Virus record (IMG/VR): IMGVR_UViG_3300050153_000029
Span: 1-39,774 of that record
Source: a virus
Taxonomy: Duplodnaviria > Caudoviricetes
Length of the DNA: 39,774 nucleotides
Direction: 5' to 3' (one strand)
The notes below the pieces were generated by a model. The model did no database searches and was not told the DNA's origin. It saw only the letters and a list, made by a program, of their open reading frames with translations. The translations under genes were made by a program, and so were the position numbers. Shown here one piece after another: positions 26,243 to 34,391 of the stretch. Every line of letters starts with the position of its first letter. Position 1 is the first letter of the stretch.

Positions 26243-26330
26243 ACACACCAAGGAACCCCGCCACAAAGGCAGCAACGCAAATCAGGACGAACTTTAGGAT
26301 CATCCAGTCTAAAGCACCGTTGTCCGTCAC
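26226..26330 (-). CDS. Antisense-oriented small membrane peptide (34 aa)
   Basis: DWMILKFVLICVAAFVAGFLGVFRNRK single TM helix with a basic tail; GGGGG SD before GTG. Confidence 0.45.
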   Translation of the reverse strand: MTDNGALDWMILKFVLICVAAFVAGFLGVFRNRK

Positions 26331-26343
26331 CGCACACCCCCAC

Positions 26344-26366
26344 AACCGCCCATGAGGCGGTTTTTT
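26344..26366 (+). terminator. Intrinsic terminator
   Basis: AACCGCC-CATGA-GGCGGTTTTTT. Confidence 0.85.
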
Positions 26367-26385
26367 CGTTTCAGAGGAAAGCATT

Positions 26386-27372
26386 ATGGCCGTTCCTGCC
26401 AGTCTTGCGGATCTTTCGACTACGCCAGCGAGCAACCCGCCTGCCGGATCTGATGCAGTATTTCCGCTGCTAGACGACTACATGCGAACCGTTTTCGCAT
26501 TCATCGCCACATTGCGCGATGGCTCATCGGCTGTGCTGTCCGCTGTCTCTGGAGCGGATACGATCACGGCCTCACTGACGGGCATGGCGTCATATCGAGC
26601 CGGTCAGGTGTTTTCGTTCACACCGGCTAGCTCGAACGCCACCGCCGCCGTGACAATCAACGTCAACAGCCTAGGGGCCATGTCAGTTTACCGGGATGGC
26701 GTGGCGCTTCCCATTGGCGCGCTATCGGCATCTATCCCGGTTGTGGTGCTCTATGACGGCACGCGCTTTAACGTCATCGCTCCAGCATCGACCCCTGTTA
26801 TTCCATCGCGTTACACCACAGGCGAGCTTGTCTCCAGCTTCGCAACGACCGCCCCGGCTGGCACGGTTGCAATGGATGGGCTCACGATTGGCAATGCCTC
26901 GTCTGGGGCTACATCCCGTGCCAACGTTGACACACTGGCACTGTTCACACTGCTTTGGAACCAAGCCAGCAACGCCCTGCTGCCCATTCAAGACAGCGCG
27001 GGCACTGCGTCAACTCGTGGCGCCAGCGCAGCCGCTGATTACGCCGCAAACAAGCGCCTGACGCTACCCGCGCTTGTGGACGGCCAGGCCATCCTGGCGG
27101 CTGTCGGCAGCGGCGTGCTCACTGCCACAGTTGGCACCGTACTGAATCACACGCACGCTGCGTCGGTGACTGACCCAGGGCACCGGCATACCGGCTTGTT
27201 TGGAACGAATACCGCCCAGGGCGTTGGGCCTGGCTCTGGGATCTTGGCGGCGGCCTCTAACGTAACAGATTACAGCGGTACAGGTATTAGCGTAACCAAT
27301 GCCAACAACACAGGGGGTACAGCAATGAACCAAGCTGCTGGTATCTACGCCAAGATTTATCTGGCCCTCTAA
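26386..27372 (+). CDS. Tail fibre protein with collar-like domain
   Basis: TGELVSSFATTAPAGTVAMDG, NHTHAASVTDPGHRH. Confidence 0.8.
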   Translation: MAVPASLADLSTTPASNPPAGSDAVFPLLDDYMRTVFAFIATLRDGSSAVLSAVSGADTITASLTGMASYRAGQVFSFTPASSNATAAVTINVNSLGAMSVYRDGVALPIGALSASIPVVVLYDGTRFNVIAPASTPVIPSRYTTGELVSSFATTAPAGTVAMDGLTIGNASSGATSRANVDTLALFTLLWNQASNALLPIQDSAGTASTRGASAAADYAANKRLTLPALVDGQAILAAVGSGVLTATVGTVLNHTHAASVTDPGHRHTGLFGTNTAQGVGPGSGILAAASNVTDYSGTGISVTNANNTGGTAMNQAAGIYAKIYLAL

Positions 27373-27380
27373 TAACCACC

Positions 27381-27403
27381 AACCCGCCTAGAGCGGGTTT
27401 TTT
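27381..27403 (+). terminator. Intrinsic terminator
   Basis: AACCCGC-CTAGA-GCGGGTTTTTT. Confidence 0.85.
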
Positions 27404-27419
27404 CATTTGAGGTGAACAC

Positions 27420-28949
27420 ATGCCCATCATCACATCAGGCAACTCAGCGACCACCAACATTGGTAGTTACGATTCGGTAACGCTGTCCAATAAAGCTGGT
27501 CAGATTGCAACCCTATCTGTGGGCGGAGTGGTCATCAACGGCCAGCATACCGGCACGCGCACTTACGGCCCATATAACTCTGGATCTGTAGTGATGGCGG
27601 CCACTGTCGGTGATCTGTACTATGAAGTAGCCGATGGGGCTGCGCCTTCCTCCCCCACATCCTCAAGCAGCCTGAGTGCGCCCGTTAAAACATGCGCGCT
27701 GGCATTCATCGAGCAGTCAAATGGGGCGGGGCAGACGACGCGCACACGCACCGACACTACGCCGGTTTTCTACAACGCCCCGGCGCAGGGCTTGTTTGAG
27801 CCTTTCAGTACAACCCCAGAAGGTCGTGGCTCGTACATGACACCTGTGCTGGAATTGCTTGCCAAAAACGACAACGTTCGCGTGGGTTATGGAAACTTCT
27901 CACTGGGCGGTATGTCCTTCGTTAAGCAAGCCTGTGGCTTTGCACTGGCATGGGCTTCCGGACGACAGGTGTATGCTGAGCGTGCGTCTATCGGCGTAGG
28001 TGACCCCGGGTACAAGGGCGATCACATTATCTCATCTGGAAAATGGTTTAAGTGCATTGTAGGTGGGCGTTCTCTGTCCTTCCTAAATGACCCGAAAGGC
28101 GTATCCTTTAATGGAGCGACAATCTACACGCTGAATATGATCAGCCTAGAGGGAGCGGCCACAGCCGGGCTGCCATCTTTCGGTATGGTAACTGGTGCGG
28201 TTATCCCAGCGGCCTTCGCCACAGCAAACGTCGGGGACGTGATAGCGGAAAACGCCCAAGCTGGGAACACATCCCCCGTTGTCTGGAAGTGCGTGTCAAC
28301 AACGGCTGACGCTTCCTTCGACAACAATGTGCATGTGATGGCCCCAGGAGATCCCTGCTTTGACCCATGCTTCGCACTACAGCGTGCCCGCGATTGGCTG
28401 CTTGCTCAGACTTGGGCCATCGGCAAGAAATATGTGTACATGGCGAATGGGCAGTCTGATCCGAATGCCGCTTCCTGGTATGTAGCGGCCACACATTATA
28501 TGTGCCGGTACTTTCTCAGTTACGGCATCACCCCCATCTTCGGACTGTCTATTTGGTCACCTCCGCAAGGGGCAGCAGCTTGGCGTCAGCTTGATCAGAT
28601 CATCTTCGGCGGCCCTTCTGGTGCCCCAGGCACACCGATGGATATTGATAACACGCTTGGCAGTGTTTACACAATCACATCAAAACTGAATGCAGCGATT
28701 GGCGTATCTGTCACATGGCCTTCAGGATCGCCCAATTACGGCTTGCCTGCCATCCCCGGCGTGCGGGCTGGTTCTTACTACTTCGGCACCAGCCTGCACC
28801 GCGCCTTGGGCGAGTTTCCCGCAGGTAGCGACTATCTGCAGACAGACGAACTGCACGCCACAGACCCCGCAGTTCAAGCCGCTATCCCATTTTTGTACAA
28901 AGACCTGCGTGGGATCATTCTCGATCAAGTCACTGCGCCGACGCTTTAA
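27420..28949 (+). CDS. Tail-associated SASA/SGNH-type O-acetylesterase-like protein
   Basis: EQSN (GQSN variant), NGQSD, DELH; GAGGT SD. Confidence 0.6.
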   Translation: MPIITSGNSATTNIGSYDSVTLSNKAGQIATLSVGGVVINGQHTGTRTYGPYNSGSVVMAATVGDLYYEVADGAAPSSPTSSSSLSAPVKTCALAFIEQSNGAGQTTRTRTDTTPVFYNAPAQGLFEPFSTTPEGRGSYMTPVLELLAKNDNVRVGYGNFSLGGMSFVKQACGFALAWASGRQVYAERASIGVGDPGYKGDHIISSGKWFKCIVGGRSLSFLNDPKGVSFNGATIYTLNMISLEGAATAGLPSFGMVTGAVIPAAFATANVGDVIAENAQAGNTSPVVWKCVSTTADASFDNNVHVMAPGDPCFDPCFALQRARDWLLAQTWAIGKKYVYMANGQSDPNAASWYVAATHYMCRYFLSYGITPIFGLSIWSPPQGAAAWRQLDQIIFGGPSGAPGTPMDIDNTLGSVYTITSKLNAAIGVSVTWPSGSPNYGLPAIPGVRAGSYYFGTSLHRALGEFPAGSDYLQTDELHATDPAVQAAIPFLYKDLRGIILDQVTAPTL

Positions 28950-28958
28950 GGATCAGTC

Positions 28959-30233
28959 ATGAAAATGAATTCGACAAACGGCCCTTGGGATTCCATCGCC
29001 GCCCTTCAATCAGCCGTCCCCGCAGCAAGCAATGCAGGGAGTGTGCAGTTGGTTGGTGCGCAGCCTTATATGGCTGTTAATGGGGCCTGGGTGTCTATGG
29101 GGCTGACATACACTGGCTCCACAATCTCGCCGGTGCTTGGCTCAAGCGTCATCAACCAATTGCCAAAATTCAAGGCTGGATTGCAGCGTGTGGCCCAGCG
29201 CAAGGGAAGTCCGCTAATCGTTCTGGTGAACGGGGATTCAACCGAGATTGGATTCAATGTCGCAACAGGCACGAATGGGTTTGTGGGGGCACGCAAAAGC
29301 ACTCACGCAGCGCAGCTTGCGCGCATGCTTGGTTGGCAGGATTCCGGTTGCGTTGGCGCTGGGTGCGGCACAGATGTAGCCCTGAATCTGTACGATGAGC
29401 GAGTCAGCTTCTCCGGCGCCGGGCTGTCTGTCAATTACAGCATTGACGCGCTCGGCGCTGCATGGGTCCAGTTTGCTAACGCATCAACTGGTGTCTACAC
29501 GATAACGCCACGAGGCAACAAAGGATATGACCGCGTGAGGGTGGTCTACGGTCGCTTTTCAAGCGGCGGCGCATCACTGATGAAAGTCACTGTGGGCGGC
29601 TCCAGCATTGGCACATTTGTAGCTCAGGGCGGCTCTGGTGCAGGCGACACACAGAGTGTTGAGTTCTCATGCGCTTATTCTGGACCTAGCACCCCCATTG
29701 CGATTAGCGGCAACAGCGGCACTACAGACGGCCAGTGCTTGATCATTGCTGTCATTTGGTATGACTCGACAGACCCCGGCGTGATCGTGCTCAATGGCGG
29801 GTCTAGTGGGGCCAAGGCATCCAACATGGTCAGCACCAGCAACCCCTGGTCACAGACTGCGGCGCGCGCAGCCATTGGCCCGGAGTTGAACATTATCAAT
29901 TGCTGGATCAACGACACGTACTACACGACTGCCCCAGCGACCTACACCACAAACCTGACGACATTTAAAAACGCAAATTCTCCTACGTCCGACATTGTGT
30001 ACATGGGTTATCAGCCTATTAACGATGCTTCTATGAGCAATGGCCAGGGCGACGCCATTTTCGCAGCGATGAACGCAGTGGCTGCGGGCGCCCCGGTGGT
30101 TGATTTGCGCGCAGTGTTCGGCCCGACTTTTGCGGCTGCGAATGCGCTGGGTATCTATGCTGACACGCTGCACATCACAGCGCTTGGGCAGTACTACAAA
30201 GCGGCCTACACCGCATCCCTGCTTGTCAACTGA
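28959..30233 (+). CDS. Tail-associated SGNH/GDSL hydrolase
   Basis: GDST, NGGSSG, WIND, DTLH blocks. Confidence 0.8.
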   Translation: MKMNSTNGPWDSIAALQSAVPAASNAGSVQLVGAQPYMAVNGAWVSMGLTYTGSTISPVLGSSVINQLPKFKAGLQRVAQRKGSPLIVLVNGDSTEIGFNVATGTNGFVGARKSTHAAQLARMLGWQDSGCVGAGCGTDVALNLYDERVSFSGAGLSVNYSIDALGAAWVQFANASTGVYTITPRGNKGYDRVRVVYGRFSSGGASLMKVTVGGSSIGTFVAQGGSGAGDTQSVEFSCAYSGPSTPIAISGNSGTTDGQCLIIAVIWYDSTDPGVIVLNGGSSGAKASNMVSTSNPWSQTAARAAIGPELNIINCWINDTYYTTAPATYTTNLTTFKNANSPTSDIVYMGYQPINDASMSNGQGDAIFAAMNAVAAGAPVVDLRAVFGPTFAAANALGIYADTLHITALGQYYKAAYTASLLVN

Positions 30234-30281
30234 CCCGCACCCCTAGCCACTCAAGCAACCCAAGCGACCAAGGGCCACGCC

Positions 30282-30842
30282 ATGAAAAAACTCATCACTT
30301 CCATCACCATCCTGCTGTCCTCGCAAGCCCACGCGCAGACACTCATCAACGGATACACGTCGGCCACGCTAGACAGCCCGCAGCTTGTCGTTTACGGCAT
30401 ACCCGGCAACGTCAGCTCAGCAGTCAAGTCGGGCACGTTTCAATGCGACCCGCGCTATTTCCCCGCTCTGCCCAAAGCGCTTGGGGCTAACGACTGGGCC
30501 GTATGCTGGGTCTACCCCATCCAAGGCCCCGACACATGCGTGCCAAAGCTCGCTGGCGGCACTGGGGTTGGCTTGGCGCATGATGAGGCGCTTGGGCTCA
30601 ATAGCTTCGGCTGGGTGTCCTGGTGGTGCCCGAATGCTGACCCCATCAAAGCTGTGCCTGTGGTCATGGCATGTGCTGGCGCCATGAATTGCGCCGATGC
30701 GCTGCTCAAATTTGCAGCGAGCAAAAGCGGGTTTGCCGATGCGGCGAAAAGCACCTTTACAACCACCGTGATCGATCCCGCATTGCTACCCGTGTGGAGC
30801 GATCCCGCATCGGTGGCAAAGATCCTTGCGGGCAGGCCATGA
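30282..30842 (+). CDS. Secreted Cys-rich protein
   Basis: Signal peptide MKKLITSITILLSSQAHA; six Cys. Confidence 0.7.
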   Translation: MKKLITSITILLSSQAHAQTLINGYTSATLDSPQLVVYGIPGNVSSAVKSGTFQCDPRYFPALPKALGANDWAVCWVYPIQGPDTCVPKLAGGTGVGLAHDEALGLNSFGWVSWWCPNADPIKAVPVVMACAGAMNCADALLKFAASKSGFADAAKSTFTTTVIDPALLPVWSDPASVAKILAGRP

Positions 30843-31198
30843 ACGGGCCGCGCCGAATCCTGGCCGCGCTGTCTGAGTCGGGCGGATCGATGGACCTGGC
30901 CGAATACCAAGACATGCTGCGCGATGATCGCTCGCTGTCAAATCCATCGACACGGCTACGCAGGGCTGCACACATCGCCATCACCGTGAGCCTCACCGAT
31001 GCTGGCAGGGCGGCGCTTGAGTTCACGCCGCCCCCAGCCCGCAGGCCAGCTCGCAGGCCACAGCGTGTGGAGTACGTCGAGCAGCCGTGTCAATTCATGA
31101 CCCCGCCGACCGATGCCGAGATTGCACAAATCAAAGCAGAAGCCCGGTCGGCGGCGGGAATCACGCTGCAAAACTACATGCACGCGCTGAGCAAATGA
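30839..31198 (+). CDS. Winged-HTH-like protein
   Basis: RILAALSESGGSM...VSLTDAGRAALE, a MarR-like wing end. Confidence 0.55.
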   Translation: MNGPRRILAALSESGGSMDLAEYQDMLRDDRSLSNPSTRLRRAAHIAITVSLTDAGRAALEFTPPPARRPARRPQRVEYVEQPCQFMTPPTDAEIAQIKAEARSAAGITLQNYMHALSK

Positions 31199-31264
31199 CC
31201 CTCTGCCCTCACTGCGAGCGGCAGCAGTGCAAGGGCGCAAATCTGGCCGTCTACGTGGGACGAA

Positions 31265-31483
31265 ATGGCAGCGCATCAGATTGATATCGACAACTCAAAT
31301 CCGGGATCAGCCATGATCAAAATATTTTGGGCGTGGTTGCTCGTTGGAATCAACCAGATGTCTCCGCTTCAGGCGGTGCAGTTCGCTGCGGGCATCTTGG
31401 CAATCATCTACACAGCAGCTCAACTGGTTGTGCTGCTGCGGGATAAGTTCGTTCGCGATAAAGCGGGCAAGGAGTGCAAATGA
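31265..31483 (+). CDS. Holin/antiholin-like membrane protein
   Basis: Hydrophobic segments, charged C-terminus, upstream of the endolysin. Confidence 0.6.
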   Translation: MAAHQIDIDNSNPGSAMIKIFWAWLLVGINQMSPLQAVQFAAGILAIIYTAAQLVVLLRDKFVRDKAGKECK

Positions 31484-31707
31484 ATCAAGCTCTTCAAACC
31501 ATGCTGACCGGCAAGGACAATCAGACTCATGACGTGGTGCGCTGGATGGCTATTGCCGCCGTGCTTGTCGCGCTGGGCCTTGAAATCTACGTTGTCGCGG
31601 TCCATAAGTCTCAACCGTTCGACATGCAGACATTTGGCATTGGCGTTGGTGCTTTGTTTGCTGCCGTGGGTGCCGCACTGAAACTCAAAGAGAGCACTGA
31701 GCCATGA
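31480..31707 (+). CDS. Holin-like two-TM protein
   Basis: LTGKDNQTHDVVRW plus two TM helices; AGGAG SD. Confidence 0.65.
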   Translation: MNQALQTMLTGKDNQTHDVVRWMAIAAVLVALGLEIYVVAVHKSQPFDMQTFGIGVGALFAAVGAALKLKESTEP

Positions 31708-32141
31708 TGCTGTCCACCCATTTCAGCCTAGCCGAGTTCCTTCAAAGCCAGGCGGCCACGCGCTTCAGCATCAACAACAGCCCGCCTGATTCGGTGCTGC
31801 CTGCGCTGATCAAGACGGCGTTGGGCCTTGAGGGCATCCGCACCTTGCTTGGTGTGCCGATCATCGTCACCAGTGGCTACAGGTCAACCGCAGTCAATCA
31901 CGCGGTAGGCGGCGCAGTGGATAGTCAGCACACGCTCGGGCAGGCTGTCGATTTCATCGCGCCGGGCTACGGCTCCCCGCTGCAAGTGGCCCGCACTATT
32001 GTCGCAAGCAAGCTCACATTTGATCAGTTGATCATGGAGGGATCATGGCTGCATGTGTCGTTCACCAGCAAGCCACGCAAGCAGGTTCTAACGGCTCATT
32101 TTGACGGCGGCAAGGCAAGGTATACCGAGGGGCTAGCGTGA
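31704..32141 (+). CDS. Endolysin, peptidase M15A family
   Basis: LSTHFSLAEF, SGYRS..VN.AVGG..SQH..GQAVD, FDQLI.E..WLHVS. Confidence 0.9.
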   Translation: MMLSTHFSLAEFLQSQAATRFSINNSPPDSVLPALIKTALGLEGIRTLLGVPIIVTSGYRSTAVNHAVGGAVDSQHTLGQAVDFIAPGYGSPLQVARTIVASKLTFDQLIMEGSWLHVSFTSKPRKQVLTAHFDGGKARYTEGLA

Positions 32142-32503
32142 CCCTACAAGCCCGCCTGATAGCCGCCCTGGCCTCTCTGCTGGGCCTTGCTGTGCTGATC
32201 GGCGCCGCGCTGCTCAAGGGCTATCACATGGGCGCGTCGGCAAGCGATGCAAAGCACCTGGCCGAGCAATCAGCGGCGCGTGATGCGCAAGACAAAGCCC
32301 TTCAAGTGGCTGCTGCGGCGATCGCCAAGATCGACACGATTCAAGCGCCCATCATTCAAAGGGTGATCCATGAAACGACCACAATCCCTGTGTACGCTGA
32401 CTGCCACAATGATTCTCGCATCATGCGCGACCTCAACGCGGCCCTCACCAACTCTGAGCCCGCTAGTGATAGAGCAATGCCCGCAGCTTCAGCCCCTCAG
32501 TGA
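32138..32503 (+). CDS. Rz: i-spanin
   Basis: N-terminal TM, coiled coil, single Cys, follows the endolysin. Confidence 0.75.
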   Translation: MTLQARLIAALASLLGLAVLIGAALLKGYHMGASASDAKHLAEQSAARDAQDKALQVAAAAIAKIDTIQAPIIQRVIHETTTIPVYADCHNDSRIMRDLNAALTNSEPASDRAMPAASAPQ

Positions 32504-32588
32504 TGATTCATTCGGGGCTACTGTTCGCAAGCTGACAGAGGTGGCAGGCATTTACTACAAGTGCCGCGCTGCTGCGCTAGGCCAATAA
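32370..32588 (+). CDS. Rz1: o-spanin lipoprotein overlapping Rz
   Basis: Lipobox LASC, CPQL...YYKCR; +1 frame overlap with Rz. Confidence 0.75.
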   Translation: MKRPQSLCTLTATMILASCATSTRPSPTLSPLVIEQCPQLQPLSDDSFGATVRKLTEVAGIYYKCRAAALGQ

Positions 32589-32592
32589 CGCA

Positions 32593-32622
32593 CCGCCTGC
32601 CCTCATGGGTGGGCGGGCTTTT
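32593..32622 (+). terminator. Late-operon terminator
   Basis: CCGCCTGCCC-TCAT-GGGTGGGCGG followed by GCTTTT. Confidence 0.7.
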
Positions 32623-32623
32623 G

Positions 32624-32918
32624 CGTTTGTGGAGCCTGAAAAGCGTTTTGCACTCCACAAACGACAACGCCCCAGTGCGGGGGCAAAGGGCGCTGAAGGA
32701 AAGCGCCCGGGAACCCCCAGGCCTGCGCTGTGCGCTTGACTTTCAGCTTTGCCAGCCGTCCGGCTTGATCCTAGGCTCAAGCGCGCCATGTATCCGGATG
32801 GGCAACCGATAGCGATTCGGTCATCAGTGCATTTCGGCACAAAGTTGGCAAAGCTCAAAGCCCCGGCATCCACTCGCCGGGTAGGGCGCCACAATTTTAC
32901 CCGCCATCCTGCTGGGTA
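32624..32918 (+). ncRNA. Candidate large multi-branch structured RNA
   Basis: About ten nested stems including 32740-56/32844-60 (16 of 17 paired); G-U pairs favour the + strand. Confidence 0.5.
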
Positions 32919-32923
32919 GCAAG

Positions 32924-33142
32924 CTAGCTGCACCTAGGCTCATAGCCCATCTGGTCGCAAGCCTCAGCAATCGTCATCGTCTTGAAGCTGCAAACCCTAT
33001 AGGCTTCGCGGAAACCTTCTTCGTCTTCATGATTTTGCAAACAAAGGGCCAAAATCCGGCCTGTTTCTGCATCACATGCGGCGATTACGGGCACGTCTGC
33101 GGCATCGTGGCCACGCATGGCGTCTTCCAGTTCCATCCTCAC
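32924..33142 (-). CDS. Hypothetical protein
   Basis: GTGA overlap with the upstream frame; GGAGG SD suits the ATG at 33136. Confidence 0.6.
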   Translation of the reverse strand: MRMELEDAMRGHDAADVPVIAACDAETGRILALCLQNHEDEEGFREAYRVCSFKTMTIAEACDQMGYEPRCS

Positions 33143-33345
33143 CCCTCCAGCCCGAAGTGGGTACGGATGGCCTTTGCTGAATGATGACCCAGACCGCCAC
33201 CCTGTTCAATGGTGTCCTCTGCGATATCAGCGCACTCACGCGCTACAGCTTGAGCGAATTCACGCAACACACGCTGCTTGTCGGTTGACTAGCCATCTGT
33301 GCTGCATGTATCCGGGTGTAGTGGTAGCTTGATGTGCTCTTGCAT
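33139..33345 (-). pseudogene. 68-codon gene interrupted by an in-frame TAG at 33289-33291
   Basis: MQEHIKLPLHPDTCSTDG*STDKQRVLREFAQAVARECADIAE...AIRTHFGLEG; AGGA SD; final stop overlaps the next start. Confidence 0.65.
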
Positions 33346-33346
33346 G

Positions 33347-33625
33347 TCAGTCCTTTGGGTGGGTGGCAGACATTGTTGACCAGTAGCAACGCCACGCCGC
33401 ATCACATGCAGCTTGGTGACGCTCAACAAGCGCAATGGATGCTACTGGATCAGCCCGCCATTCGGTCAATGTTCTAGGCACGTCCAGAGGCTTGCGATCA
33501 TCTGGCGTGATAGCGCTTCTCTGCCGTATGGCACGCGCCGCCCCATCGAAATAGGGCCGATGGAACGGCTCTCTTTTGATGGCCGAAATAATGGCCTCGT
33601 ATTGCACGTCACTCAATGCTTGCAT
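33347..33625 (-). CDS. Hypothetical protein
   Basis: AGGAG SD; operon context. Confidence 0.65.
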   Translation of the reverse strand: MQALSDVQYEAIISAIKREPFHRPYFDGAARAIRQRSAITPDDRKPLDVPRTLTEWRADPVASIALVERHQAACDAAWRCYWSTMSATHPKD

Positions 33626-33628
33626 CTC

Positions 33629-33814
33629 TCACTCCTTCCCATCTGTACCATGCAACTCCCTGGCCTTGTCTCTTGCGGCCTGGCGGATTGCGGTGTGGTG
33701 CTCTGCCGGTGCTCTGATTCCCCGCACCTCGGGAGGCTTGGGGTTTAGGGCGCGGTGCTTTCGGCTGCGCTCTGTGGATGCCCCGGGGGGCTCCGGATTG
33801 CGGGGCTTGGTCAT
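33629..33814 (-). CDS. Small basic hypothetical protein
   Basis: ATGA overlap; STERSRKHRA...EVRGI. Confidence 0.55.
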   Translation of the reverse strand: MTKPRNPEPPGASTERSRKHRALNPKPPEVRGIRAPAEHHTAIRQAARDKARELHGTDGKE

Positions 33815-33933
33815 GCGCGCTGGGCGTGTGCATGATTCCCGCCGCAGCGGATGAAGGCGACCAACAGCGCGGCATGAAAATAGTTCATAGGGGCGGATGC
33901 CTTGGCGTAAGACTCAATGACTATGTATTTCAT
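33811..33933 (-). CDS. Small hypothetical protein (MKYIVIESYAKASAP...), 40 aa
   Basis: Manually translated; GGAG SD; extended -10 TGcTAAAGT at 33964-33972. Confidence 0.5.
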   Translation of the reverse strand: MKYIVIESYAKASAPMNYFHAALLVAFIRCGGNHAHAQRA

Positions 33934-34102
33934 GCTGCTCTCCGTTGCGTTGTCGATGTGTGTACTTTAGCACCGTTGCGCGTAACGCAAGATGGAAGAG
34001 CAAGATATTTGAAAGTTTTTTGCGCGCTGGCCACAGGCCTAACACTACGTTGCACGCGGACGCCCCGCATGTCTGCAAAGCACCCCCGTCCTACGGCAAA
34101 AA

Positions 34103-34213
34103 TCATTCAATCGCACACACCCTGCGCACAACCCAGCGCGCATCTATCCGGCTCGCAAACCAGCGGCTTAGGTGCCTGCTCAGGTCTTGGCAAAGGAGGG
34201 GTGTGTAGGTCAT
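34103..34213 (-). CDS. Small hypothetical protein (MTYTPLLCQDLSRHLSRWFASRIDARWVVRRVCAIE)
   Basis: Manually translated; AAGGA SD. Confidence 0.5.
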   Translation of the reverse strand: MTYTPLLCQDLSRHLSRWFASRIDARWVVRRVCAIE

Positions 34214-34336
34214 GAAAGTCCTTGGTTTAGGTGTCTAACAAACGCCATGGATGCCTAGGTAAAATCAGCTAATCAGCGGCATTAGCAGTTAGACAATTTA
34301 ACCCTAGTCGATTGAAAACATTGAAAAACGCCACTA

Positions 34337-34382
34337 CCTTCTAAGCAGCAGGTCGGGGGTTCGAGTCCCTCCGGACAGGCCA
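34337..34382 (+). other. attP: attP core: 3' half of tRNA-Arg(UCU)
   Basis: CTTCTAA anticodon loop, GGGGG-TTCGAGT-CCCTC T arm, CGGACAG-G-CCA; no 5' half; 10 bp from the integrase stop. Confidence 0.9.
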
Positions 34383-34391
34383 CCATCTTGT

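Noticed and set aside
32577-32933. 118-aa minus-strand ORF
   Set aside because: No RBS, runs through the terminator, no recognisable composition; RNA structure explains the region better
33961-33976. LexA box
   Set aside because: Mismatches in both half-sites of CTGT-N8-ACAG
34232-34295. Full attC site bounded by GTCTAAC...GTTAGAC
   Set aside because: No L-box pairing; the same heptamer recurs on the other side of the att core, which fits integrase arm sites better
34300-34385. Complete tRNA-Arg gene
   Set aside because: No 5' acceptor strand or D arm; only the 3' half is present, so it is called attP
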